From Thermoplasmata archaeon (GTDB taxonomy: Archaea > Thermoplasmatota > Thermoplasmata > GCA-020350865), in contig CP070751.1 of NCBI GenBank assembly GCA_020348445.1, positions 96,001 to 160,000 on the forward strand: DNA of 64,000 nucleotides. The letters are read 5' to 3'. The notes beneath the pieces were generated by a model that saw only the letters and a program-made list of their open reading frames with translations, made no database searches and was not told the DNA's origin. A program made the position numbers and the translations under genes. Below are positions 41,386-50,843 of this stretch, piece after piece. Numbering within the stretch: the stretch's first letter is position 1; each line of letters opens with the position of its first letter.

Positions 41386-42501
41386 ATGGCGTTTTGTCAA
41401 AATTGCGGAAGTGTTGTAATGGGTGAATCTTGCCCGAATTGCGGCCAAGCAGTTGCTCAAACACCAAATCAACCACCAGCTCAACCTGCACAGCCACAAA
41501 AGCAGAACAGCAAAAAAATAGGTGTGATCATCGCAATAATCATTGTGATTGTTGTGATTCTGGCGGCCATGATCTTCGTTTTTTCAGATTCCAAGGACTC
41601 AGATAACGGAGTCTTTACAGAGAGCCTAACAATAGAGATGAACGATACAGAGCATATGAAACTGGAGTATAAGATAGAAGGGGCTGGTAATAAAACAAAA
41701 GAAATACGGGATACAATCGATGATGATGAATACGGTGAAGAAGATGGAGAGGTCACATCAGATGAAGTCGAGAAAGTTGTAGAGGTATTTGAAGATCTAA
41801 AGGGAGTAACTTCATATGGCTATACGATAGATGATGAATTAGGGGAATATATTGAATTCAACGTATCATTAAAGGGTGCTGAAGGGAAAGTTGATAGTGA
41901 AAAACCAATTACATTTACATTGACTATAGAAATCGAGTGGGATTTATCAGATAAAGACCAGGACTATTACAGGCTTGAAATACTGAGATTTCTACCTTTT
42001 GTTGGGGATTTAACATTTACATGTCCGTCAGGATATGAGGTATATGAAGTCTATGGATTGAAGGACGACATAACATCAGGCCAGACCACTATCACGGGTA
42101 CCATGGAAGAGGATGCAGAATATATTAACATAATGATAAAGAAAACAGGCGTCGTAATTGGCGACGAGGAAGCAGAACCTAATGATAGTATAAGTAATGC
42201 AAATCCAATTTCCAGTGGCGTTGATATGTCAGGCAGTTTAGAAGAGGGTACCGACGAAGATGATTGGTATTATATTTACTTTGAATACGATGATACAGTA
42301 GAAATCGATTTATCGGGACCAAGTGGCACAGATTTTGATATATTTTTATATGATTCGCTCAGTGCAGAAAAGAGTTCCAGTTCAGAATCTGGTAGCCAAG
42401 AAAATATCATTTATGTTGTGACTTCGTCTGAATATTATTACGTAAATGTCAAATCCGCAAGTGGAAGCGGCAGTTATACATTAAGCGTGGATATTACTTG
42501 A
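41386..42501 (+). CDS. Zinc-ribbon single-pass membrane protein with an acidic extracellular domain and a C-terminal PPC-like domain
   Basis: MAFCQNCG...CPNCG, one TM, and EPNDS...DDWY..Y...LSGPSGTDFDIFLYD...YYVNV...GSYTLSV (PPC pattern). Start placed after the GGTGA RBS. Confidence 0.8.
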   Translation: MAFCQNCGSVVMGESCPNCGQAVAQTPNQPPAQPAQPQKQNSKKIGVIIAIIIVIVVILAAMIFVFSDSKDSDNGVFTESLTIEMNDTEHMKLEYKIEGAGNKTKEIRDTIDDDEYGEEDGEVTSDEVEKVVEVFEDLKGVTSYGYTIDDELGEYIEFNVSLKGAEGKVDSEKPITFTLTIEIEWDLSDKDQDYYRLEILRFLPFVGDLTFTCPSGYEVYEVYGLKDDITSGQTTITGTMEEDAEYINIMIKKTGVVIGDEEAEPNDSISNANPISSGVDMSGSLEEGTDEDDWYYIYFEYDDTVEIDLSGPSGTDFDIFLYDSLSAEKSSSSESGSQENIIYVVTSSEYYYVNVKSASGSGSYTLSVDIT

Positions 42502-42634
42502 ATATTTTATACATTAAAAAGCCAGGTAATAACAAAGTTACCTGGTTCTAGGTTCTTTAAATCTCATTATAGAGGGCAAGCTATTTATATCTCAAATAAC
42601 TTATAGATAATAACTTTGAGGGAAGGTGATAAAT

Positions 42635-43477
42635 ATGGCATTTTGTCAAAATTGCGGAAGCCCAGTTGTTGGGCAGTTTTGCCAGAATTGTGGTCAAGCA
42701 GTGGCTCAGACTCAAGCTCCACCTCAGCCACCACCCCAGCCTGCGCCTGGTCAAGTGGCACCTGGCCCACCTACGCCAGGCCCACCAGCGCCCGCTCCAC
42801 CACCAAAGGGAGGTTTTGGAAATATGGGCATAATTATCGCTATAATAGTGGTGGTTGTTATAATCTTAGCTGCTTTGCTCTTAGTTTTTATGGGCTCTCA
42901 GAATGATGGTAATGGAGGTGTCTCGAAGGGGCTAACAGTAGAAATGACTGATACCGATGAAATGGAATTGCATTATAAATGGGAAGAAACAGGTAATGAT
43001 GCAGAAGAGATGCGAGAAGATATCGATGATGATGCATTTGGTGATGAGGATGGAAGGGTCACTTCAGAGGAAGTCGAGAATCTTGAAGAGGTGTTTGAAA
43101 ACTGGGAAGGGGAATACTCGGTCATATATTTAAGTGGGAAAAAATATTTTGAATTTGGAATAGATGGATGGCGCGGAGAATTTACTGAGATTTCCGTGTC
43201 AATAACGGGTGCTGAAGGTGATGTTGATAGCGACAGACCTATCACCATTACTATTTCTTTTAAGGTCAAATGGGATTCGTTAGATATCAATAAAGACGAA
43301 TATGAACTTTATTTATACTCACGTGGTGGAGATGGTGAGGATTTTTCTTTTACCTGTCCGTCAGGGTATGAGGTGTCTGATGCTGATGGATTGGAAGACA
43401 ATATCAAATCCGGTGAGACTAGGATAAGGAGCACTATGGATGATGATACTGTTCAGATAACCATAAGCAAGAAATGA
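42635..43477 (+). CDS. Zinc-ribbon single-pass membrane protein, C-terminally truncated paralog
   Basis: Same N-terminus and extracellular domain as its neighbours; stops just before the PPC domain. Confidence 0.8.
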   Translation: MAFCQNCGSPVVGQFCQNCGQAVAQTQAPPQPPPQPAPGQVAPGPPTPGPPAPAPPPKGGFGNMGIIIAIIVVVVIILAALLLVFMGSQNDGNGGVSKGLTVEMTDTDEMELHYKWEETGNDAEEMREDIDDDAFGDEDGRVTSEEVENLEEVFENWEGEYSVIYLSGKKYFEFGIDGWRGEFTEISVSITGAEGDVDSDRPITITISFKVKWDSLDINKDEYELYLYSRGGDGEDFSFTCPSGYEVSDADGLEDNIKSGETRIRSTMDDDTVQITISKK

Positions 43478-43652
43478 TCCAAGATTAGTGCTGGGGACGA
43501 AGAACCTAATAATAGTATAAGCCAGGCAATGAAATTACCGATAAAGATACAATATCAAGCACCATTGAAAATGATACCGGCCAAGATGACAGGCTTTGGA
43601 CTCCCCAAAGACCAAATGCGGCCCATATATTTTACGGTTGAGTTATCCCGAT
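43478..43652 (+). pseudogene. Decayed PPC-domain remnant behind the stop of the previous gene
   Basis: In frame after the TGA it reads SKISAGDEEPNNSISQA. After a 1-nt shift it reads EITDKDTISSTIENDTGQDD, which aligns with GDEEAEPNDSISNANPISSGVDMSGSLEEGTDEDD of 41386..42501. Confidence 0.65.
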
Positions 43653-43746
43653 AAAGGAGATGATATCTTAAGATATTCATATCTATGACGACAGTTTTTT
43701 ATATAACTATAGCATATCCAGATATACATTGAGGGATGGTGAAAAA

Positions 43747-45459
43747 ATGGCGTTTTGTCAAAATTGCGGAAGCCCTGTAAGCGGGGATGTATGCCAAAAT
43801 TGTGGTCAAGCAGTAACTCCGGTGGAGGCTCTAACTCAGCAAGAGGCACAATCTATGCCCGGCCAAGAGCCTAAGGGAAGTGGTGGTAAAATCGCTGCCA
43901 TTGTCGCTTTGGTGGTCATTATAATAGTGATATTGGCGGCAATGTTGTTCATGTTCCCTGCCTCCAAGGATTCGAATGGAGGGCCGGAAGAAAATTATGC
44001 TGTCACGATGACAGATGTAAAAACAATGGAAGTGCATATTAGTGGAGAATTTACCGACGACACCGCAGAAGTTGTGCGGGAGGTTATCGATGAAAAATTT
44101 GGTGATGAAGATGATAGGGTCACTTCTGATGAGATTAGGGATTTTGAAGAGGAATATGGAGACATGGAGGATGAACACTCCAAGGGATTTACCATGAATT
44201 CAGATGAAGGGAAATATTCCGAAGTTTCAATAATATTAAGGGGTGCTCAGGGGGATACAAATAGCGAAAACACGATTCCATTCACCATAACCGCGACAAT
44301 TGAATGGAAATCATTAGAAACTGACAAGGATTTCTATTTTATTATGCTGCCATTGTATTCCATCTTTGAGAATAATATGTTTAAATACGATAATATCGAG
44401 AAATTCAAATTCACAGCCCCCTCAGGATATGATGTACACGATATCGATGGTTTGAAGGAGGATATTCAAAGCGGCCAGACTCCTGTAACTGGCACCGTGG
44501 ATGATGACTTTGAATATATATATATATCCCTATCTAAAAAAGACAGTAGTGTTAAACCAGGGGACATTACAGTCGATATGACTGGTACAGATATGATAAA
44601 GCTATACGTCAAAGGAGAAGAGACAGGTGATGATGCGGAAGCTGGGCGCGAGGAGATCGACAATTATTATGGTAATGGAGATGACACAGTTACTCCTGAA
44701 GAAGTGGAGAATTATATAGAATATACCGAGGAAAGACGTGTAAGTTCATATTATGATGCTTCAAGCGGTTATGAGATTGATTTCAACACAGGGGAATATT
44801 CTGAATACAGTCTTTCATTTTTTGGTGCGGAGGGGGATGTAAAAAGCTCCCGCCCCATCGCTTATGCTATAGCTGCAACTATCGAATGGGATTCGATAAA
44901 TACCACTAAAGATTTCTATATCATAGGAATCTCGGCATCTGATCAAGGTGGAGAGCAATTTACTTATATTTCTCCATCTGGATATGAGATAGTTCGTGTT
45001 GACAAATTAGTTGAGGATGTTGCTTCCGGTGCAACATCTGCCTCAGGAACCATAGAAGATGATGCTGTTAATGTTTATGTCACCATAGTTAAGAAAGGCA
45101 GCGATGCCGGTTCTGCTGATAGCGAGCCCAACGGTGGAACTGACACTGCAAATTCCGTATCCAGTGGAGATGAAATATGTGGTGGCCTAGAGGAGGATAA
45201 CGACGATGATGATTATTATAAGATCGATTTGAACCACTATGATTATTTAACCGTCTATTTAAATGGACCCGATGAAGCTAACTTTGATTTGAGATTGTAC
45301 AGACCGAATGGTGACGAAGTGAGATCAAGTACAGGTAGTGGAAGTTCTGAAACTGTTTGGGATTATATCTCTTCTTCAGAGCCGGAAGGGAATTATTTCA
45401 TAAGGGTGGAATGCTATGAAGGAAGTGGCCCTTATACTTTAGAGATAATTGTATCTTAA
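43747..45459 (+). CDS. Zinc-ribbon single-pass membrane protein with two copies of the extracellular domain plus a PPC-like domain
   Basis: ORF track; start moved to MAFCQNCG after the GGTGA RBS. Confidence 0.85.
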   Translation: MAFCQNCGSPVSGDVCQNCGQAVTPVEALTQQEAQSMPGQEPKGSGGKIAAIVALVVIIIVILAAMLFMFPASKDSNGGPEENYAVTMTDVKTMEVHISGEFTDDTAEVVREVIDEKFGDEDDRVTSDEIRDFEEEYGDMEDEHSKGFTMNSDEGKYSEVSIILRGAQGDTNSENTIPFTITATIEWKSLETDKDFYFIMLPLYSIFENNMFKYDNIEKFKFTAPSGYDVHDIDGLKEDIQSGQTPVTGTVDDDFEYIYISLSKKDSSVKPGDITVDMTGTDMIKLYVKGEETGDDAEAGREEIDNYYGNGDDTVTPEEVENYIEYTEERRVSSYYDASSGYEIDFNTGEYSEYSLSFFGAEGDVKSSRPIAYAIAATIEWDSINTTKDFYIIGISASDQGGEQFTYISPSGYEIVRVDKLVEDVASGATSASGTIEDDAVNVYVTIVKKGSDAGSADSEPNGGTDTANSVSSGDEICGGLEEDNDDDDYYKIDLNHYDYLTVYLNGPDEANFDLRLYRPNGDEVRSSTGSGSSETVWDYISSSEPEGNYFIRVECYEGSGPYTLEIIVS

Positions 45460-45556
45460 ATGGTGATTCTTTTCTCTTGAGGAGAACGAGTATAGACAGA
45501 TAGATATTTATATCTGTATCTCGTAATCAAACTGATTTTGAGGGAAGGTGAGAGAT

Positions 45557-46666
45557 ATGGTTTTCTGTCAAAATTGCGGAAGTCCTGTGGTAGGTGAAAT
45601 TTGTCCGAATTGTGGCCAAGCAGTTGCCCAAATTCCAGAACAACAACAAGCTCAGCCTATGCCCGGTCAGCCACCAAAGAGCAATACCGTAAAAATAGTA
45701 ATGATCATTGTTGTGGTTGTTGCGGTGATTGTGATTTTAGCGGTTTTGTTTTTATTTTTACCGGGCTCGAAGGACTCCAAGGAGTCCGATGGTGATAAAC
45801 CTGAAGGATATGTATTTGAAATGACAGATACAGATACTATGGAAGTTGATGCAAAAGGAGAGGTTAAAGGTAATAAAGCAAAGGAGTTCAGAGAAGTGAT
45901 TGATGAAGTGTATGGTGATGATGATGGTGAGGTAAGTTCCAGTGAGGTAAACAATTATGAAAAGGAGATTAAAGACCTGTTAATTGGAAGACATTCTAGC
46001 CATGAAATAAATGACTATACAGGAAAATATACGCACTATAACGAAAAAATAACTGGTGCGGAAGGGAATATCGATAGCGATGATCCCATACAAGGGGAAT
46101 TCACGGCAACTATCTTCTGGTCATACATAGATACCGATGAATATTCCTACGATATAGAACTATACGTATCATCAAATTTGACCGATGATTTCAAATTCAT
46201 ATCTCCACCAGGTTATGAAATAGATTATATTGATGGATTGGATGATGAAGAATATAGTGATGGTAGCACTATTGTAGAAGGTAAATTAAGTAAGGAAGTC
46301 ATACAAATAACCATTGTTAAGATCGGGGAATCAAATTCCACACCTAGGGGCAGCTTGACCGCTTCAATAGACCCAACCGTCGCAAACAGATACAAGCTGA
46401 GTTTCGAGGGAAAGGTAAATAATGCCGAAATCACTATTTCCCTCTACGATGAAAGCCAAGGTGCAACAGTGATTATGGATACACCAGAGGATGGAGATAG
46501 TGTTTCGATATCAGGCGGGGCTTATCTAAACTACACAGACGTTTCTGTCCAAGGATTTCTGGACTCCAGTGACACGTTGATACTTGAGGGTGGCGGGACA
46601 GGCGATATAATCAGGATCACTTATAATGCCACTGGTGAGACCGTTGCCGTAGTAACAATAGAGTAA
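45557..46666 (+). CDS. Zinc-ribbon single-pass membrane protein with the extracellular domain plus a different C-terminal beta domain
   Basis: MVFCQNCG...CPNCG, one TM, IDEVYGDDDGEVSSSEV motif. Confidence 0.85.
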   Translation: MVFCQNCGSPVVGEICPNCGQAVAQIPEQQQAQPMPGQPPKSNTVKIVMIIVVVVAVIVILAVLFLFLPGSKDSKESDGDKPEGYVFEMTDTDTMEVDAKGEVKGNKAKEFREVIDEVYGDDDGEVSSSEVNNYEKEIKDLLIGRHSSHEINDYTGKYTHYNEKITGAEGNIDSDDPIQGEFTATIFWSYIDTDEYSYDIELYVSSNLTDDFKFISPPGYEIDYIDGLDDEEYSDGSTIVEGKLSKEVIQITIVKIGESNSTPRGSLTASIDPTVANRYKLSFEGKVNNAEITISLYDESQGATVIMDTPEDGDSVSISGGAYLNYTDVSVQGFLDSSDTLILEGGGTGDIIRITYNATGETVAVVTIE

Positions 46667-46760
46667 GGGATTTTTTCCATAGTTTTTTATATTTTCCAGC
46701 CTCCCCCACAAAACTTATATGTATCCAAACCACAATATCAAATAAACTGGAGAAGAAATA

Positions 46761-47663
46761 ATGAGAAAGATAAAAAGTGGTGTTGTGGGATTGGATTCTC
46801 TGGTGGACGGGGGCATCAACGAGAACTCCACAACCGTGGTCATTGGCACCTCTGGCGCCGGGAAAACCACATTTGCCACCCAGTTTCTAAGAAGGGGCTT
46901 GGAAAGGGGAAACGACGCTCTCTTCGTGAGCCTGGACGAGAACCAGGAACAGATCATCAAAGAGGCCGTGGAAATGGGATGGCCAGACATCTATGGCTAT
47001 CTTGAGGATGGCTCCTTGGTGTTCATCGATGCAAGTGGAAAGAAATTCTCAAAGTTCATAAGACACGAGCTGCCGACATTCGTGGATGAATGGAAGGGCT
47101 CTGAATCTAGAATAGCTGTAGATCCCCTTACACCTGTTATTTGGTCTACAGAAGGAAGGTACGAACAGCGCGAACTTCTAATGCTGCTTTTAAAAGAGAC
47201 AAAAAAAATCGGCACTGTTGTATGTACCTTGGAGGAGCACGGGACAAGAGGGGATCTTTCAGGGAACGAGATCGTCATCCCGATGTATCTGGCGGATACC
47301 GTAGTTCATCTCAAATACACTCGGAAGGAAGGCGCCATTTCCAGAATTCTAGAGATCGTGAAATGCAGAAACTCAAGGCACAGCAAACTGTCCCATCCCT
47401 ATACCATAGCAAAAGGATTTGGGTTGCTGGTGCAGGGAAGAACCAGCCCTGAAACCAAAACAAACAAGGCTCCAGAGGAGTTAAAAAGAAAGTTGAAGAA
47501 TTACGAGAAATCTTTCTCGAAAAGGGTATGGGATAACATTTTAACGTCTTTGGACAATCTTAATGACTCGGATTTTGCAGATGTGGATCTCGACCAACTG
47601 ATAAACGACCTTGTCATGACATACAGTGAGGAAAAGGATCTGGATGCCAAGAAGAATGGTTGA
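46761..47663 (+). CDS. KaiC-like (RecA-superfamily) ATPase with a helical C-terminal extension
   Basis: IKSGVVGLDSLVDGG, Walker A GTSGAGKT, SLDE, TLEE, ADTVVHL and R.LEIVKCR.S.H motifs. Confidence 0.9.
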   Translation: MRKIKSGVVGLDSLVDGGINENSTTVVIGTSGAGKTTFATQFLRRGLERGNDALFVSLDENQEQIIKEAVEMGWPDIYGYLEDGSLVFIDASGKKFSKFIRHELPTFVDEWKGSESRIAVDPLTPVIWSTEGRYEQRELLMLLLKETKKIGTVVCTLEEHGTRGDLSGNEIVIPMYLADTVVHLKYTRKEGAISRILEIVKCRNSRHSKLSHPYTIAKGFGLLVQGRTSPETKTNKAPEELKRKLKNYEKSFSKRVWDNILTSLDNLNDSDFADVDLDQLINDLVMTYSEEKDLDAKKNG

Positions 47664-48366
47664 TGCCTTTAAAAAGGAGATCGAGGAGGATAAAGAGGCC
47701 CCGAAAGGCCCTGCCGAACCTATAAAAGAAACTCTGACAATGAATCCAAGAAGGCAGGAGATTCTGCAATACCTGTGTAGATATCCATGTTCCCGGCTTT
47801 CCAAGATAGCCAAGGACCTGGAATTGAGCAACGCAGCAACAAAATGGCATCTCGAAAGACTCTCTGAAAAGGATTTTATCACAAAGGAAGTTGTGAATAA
47901 AGATACAGTATTTTATCCAACGAACTTGATAGATCAAAGAGATGTGGTGACCTTTTCTGCCATGAATCATGAACGTGCAATTCCTATCCTGCGAAGAATT
48001 ATTTCCAACTCAGGTATCACACAAAAGGTTCTTCTGGAAGATGTACAGTTGAACCAGAGGACGGTGGTTCGGCATGCATCTGAATTGGAGAAAGTGGGTT
48101 TGATAGAGATCATTCAGGATGGTAAATTCAGAAGGTATTACCCCACCGAACTCATCGATATGATGGAGATAGATTATAGAAAACGGGTAAAGAAGTTCAG
48201 AAAGCAAATACTCAAAATGTTGAAGAATGATGGAGTCAATCCAAAGGTGGTAAGAGCCACGGATTCTGCCCTGCACGTGAAAATCACATCAGGTGAGAAA
48301 ACAAATGTTTTGGAGCTGGGCACCCAGCCTTTTACTTCTGTTTTGGAGACATATAAGGGGCTATAG
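47656..48366 (+). CDS. Winged-helix (ArsR-like, tandem HTH) transcription regulator
   Basis: RRQEILQYL..YP...LSKIAKDLELSNAATKWHLERL, plus a second HTH-like segment. The ATG at 47656 overlaps the KaiC stop. Confidence 0.75.
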   Translation: MVDAFKKEIEEDKEAPKGPAEPIKETLTMNPRRQEILQYLCRYPCSRLSKIAKDLELSNAATKWHLERLSEKDFITKEVVNKDTVFYPTNLIDQRDVVTFSAMNHERAIPILRRIISNSGITQKVLLEDVQLNQRTVVRHASELEKVGLIEIIQDGKFRRYYPTELIDMMEIDYRKRVKKFRKQILKMLKNDGVNPKVVRATDSALHVKITSGEKTNVLELGTQPFTSVLETYKGL

Positions 48367-48448
48367 ATGGTTTGAAAGGGGAAAATCATCCAGATTCTTC
48401 ACCAAAAACTAAAAATATCCAGACCCTTATTTATATTAAGGTGATTCA

Positions 48449-50152
48449 ATGGGGGCCTATAATAGGATTCTTGTATTCACAGCTGTTTTCATCTTGATTC
48501 TGTCAGTGATACCCATGAGCCTCGGGGAGGAAGGCGAAGGTGCCTTGGCCCAATGGACATTCATGGTCTATCTGGACTGCGATAATAATTTGGAACAAGC
48601 TGGAATAGAGGATATAAATGAGATGGAAGCAGTGGGTTCCACAGATGATGTGAACATCATTGTTCAAATGGACCGTTGCGCCACAGACGGATACGATGAA
48701 TCCAATGGTGACTGGACAGGAGCAAAGAGGTTCTATGTGACAAAGGATGAGGATGAAAATACAATCGGCTCTGATGAAATCGAGGATCTAGATGAGGTCA
48801 ATATGGGAGATCCGCAAACCCTGGTACAATTTGTAAAATGGACAATTGACAACTACCCTGCAGAAAAATACGCGTTGGTGCTGTGGAACCACGGGGGCGC
48901 TTTTTGGGGTGTGTGCTGGGACGAGGATGATGATGAAGATTGTTTGACTATGCCCGAATTGAAATGCGCCTTGGAAAATATAGAGGATTACCTGGGAAGG
49001 GATCTTGACCTAATTGGCTTTGATGCCTGTCTTATGGCACAGATGGCTGTGATGTACCAGATAAGAAACAGCGTGGATTATGCTGTCGCATCGGGTTACA
49101 CTGAGCCTAACGATGGCTGGCCGTATAAAAAAATCCTTCCATATTTGGTATCGAATCCCCAGATGGGCCCTGTAGAATTGGGCACTGTCATAGCAAATGA
49201 GTATGTGGAGTCTTACACTGATTGGGAATCAGATCCTGAAGATACTTTAGCAATTACACAGGCAGTTTTCGACCTGGAAAAATTTGATGAGCTGGCATAT
49301 CAGATCAATTTCCTTTCCATGGTCCTTTCCACGAAAGCAGGTTACGCCTTCGAAGGCGGTCATAATGGGCAGATATGGCTTGCAAGGGATGATACCAATA
49401 GTTATGATTACGGCACACAGTACCTACCAGGAAACAATGCCCCAATTGATCCCACTGGGTATTGTATGTACGACGTTATTCACCTTATGGAAAACCTACC
49501 AGAGAAAATTCTCCTTGACTCGGAAATACGGTCAGCTGCAGAGGCTGTAAAAACAGTTGCAAATGAAGCCATCGTTTACTTTGCTGTGGATGAGCCTCAT
49601 GAACAAAAAGGCGCCCATGGATTGACCATATATTTCCCAGATGGAGAATACACCTTTTACGATGGTGATTTCGATGAATTGGATTTTGCCCAGGATATCT
49701 ACTGGGATGATTTTCTCCATTACTTTCATAATACCGAAAATGCCCAAGATACACCACCTGGAGTTTTCATCACAACACCAGTGGATGACGATGTTATTGA
49801 TCTTGGCAAAAATAACAAAATCAGGATACAGGGAACAGCCTTTGACGTGCAGGACCAGGTTTCCCTCATTGAAATAAAAATCGACGATGGGGAATGGATA
49901 CCTGTGGGGGCCTCGACGCAGTGGAACCACGAGCTCTCATCTTCTGGATTGGAAAACGGAAACCACATCATTTATGCAAGATCCTTTGATGGAAAGGAAT
50001 ATTCTGCAGAGGATAGTGTAGAATTTTCTATAATAGGCAGTGGATCCAAATCTGATGAAACCTTATCCCCGCTGATTATTCTTTTATTGATAGTGATTGC
50101 AATCGCGGTATTATCGGGCCTCTTCTTTTATAAAAAACGAAAATCCAGTTAG
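48449..50152 (+). CDS. Clostripain-family (C11) cysteine peptidase with an Ig-like domain and a C-terminal TM anchor
   Basis: WTFMVYLDCDNNLE, catalytic LWNHGG and GFDACLM, signal peptide, C-terminal TM followed by KKRK. Confidence 0.9.
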   Translation: MGAYNRILVFTAVFILILSVIPMSLGEEGEGALAQWTFMVYLDCDNNLEQAGIEDINEMEAVGSTDDVNIIVQMDRCATDGYDESNGDWTGAKRFYVTKDEDENTIGSDEIEDLDEVNMGDPQTLVQFVKWTIDNYPAEKYALVLWNHGGAFWGVCWDEDDDEDCLTMPELKCALENIEDYLGRDLDLIGFDACLMAQMAVMYQIRNSVDYAVASGYTEPNDGWPYKKILPYLVSNPQMGPVELGTVIANEYVESYTDWESDPEDTLAITQAVFDLEKFDELAYQINFLSMVLSTKAGYAFEGGHNGQIWLARDDTNSYDYGTQYLPGNNAPIDPTGYCMYDVIHLMENLPEKILLDSEIRSAAEAVKTVANEAIVYFAVDEPHEQKGAHGLTIYFPDGEYTFYDGDFDELDFAQDIYWDDFLHYFHNTENAQDTPPGVFITTPVDDDVIDLGKNNKIRIQGTAFDVQDQVSLIEIKIDDGEWIPVGASTQWNHELSSSGLENGNHIIYARSFDGKEYSAEDSVEFSIIGSGSKSDETLSPLIILLLIVIAIAVLSGLFFYKKRKSS

Positions 50153-50153
50153 C

Positions 50154-50744
50154 TCATTTTGTGATCTCAGTATCCTCGGGAATGCTGTCTGAGAACGCTA
50201 TCCCGAACCATTCGAACTCACCGTCAGGTGTTGGTTCATAGTACGTGTAGAGCACGTTCTTATCTATAAGATATGATAGAGATTCAGTTATCTTTGTCCT
50301 ATCGAGTTTAATATCCTGGCGAATTTTATCAGCCATGTCATCCAAGCCCTTTTCCCTCTGGTTCTTGTGAGCCGAGACGCGGTACTTCCCATGAATCAAC
50401 TGGCTCGCTATATATTGACCGATTCTCAAATGGGTGGTATCATAGTATATATTGTTACCTTTTCTTAGGAAATTTCCATAGTAAAATCCACATGCAGGGC
50501 ATCTGTAAAGAGGCGGCTTTCCTTCATCACTCACGTTCTCCAATTCTGCATTGCTGCACATCTCACATTGAATTTTCTGTGTTTCTTTTTCAACCAGCTC
50601 AACTGTTACCTCCTCTGGCAAGGTCTCGTCTATCATTTTGGGGGTATCTCCCTCAGTTGGTACCTTGCTATCCTGTTTGGCTCCGCATTTTTCGCAGAAG
50701 TTCGCCTCGTCTGATATATCGGCACCGCAGTTGGAACAAAACAT
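50154..50744 (-). CDS. Zinc-ribbon domain protein
   Basis: MFCSNCG...FCEKCG plus a second CEMC...CPACG pair. Confidence 0.75.
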   Translation of the reverse strand: MFCSNCGADISDEANFCEKCGAKQDSKVPTEGDTPKMIDETLPEEVTVELVEKETQKIQCEMCSNAELENVSDEGKPPLYRCPACGFYYGNFLRKGNNIYYDTTHLRIGQYIASQLIHGKYRVSAHKNQREKGLDDMADKIRQDIKLDRTKITESLSYLIDKNVLYTYYEPTPDGEFEWFGIAFSDSIPEDTEITK

Positions 50745-50843
50745 ATTATCAGCTTCCTTATCATGTCTTAATCATTTCAGATTTATATCAGGTGGGTGAA
50801 TGGCATTTTTAGGATAAGAATATTGTTACCGAACACCATCTAC

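Noticed and set aside
43475-43477. In-frame TGA considered as selenocysteine or readthrough
   Set aside because: The position is a linker rather than a Cys-equivalent site, the downstream frame is broken by a frameshift within 20 codons, and no SECIS was seen.
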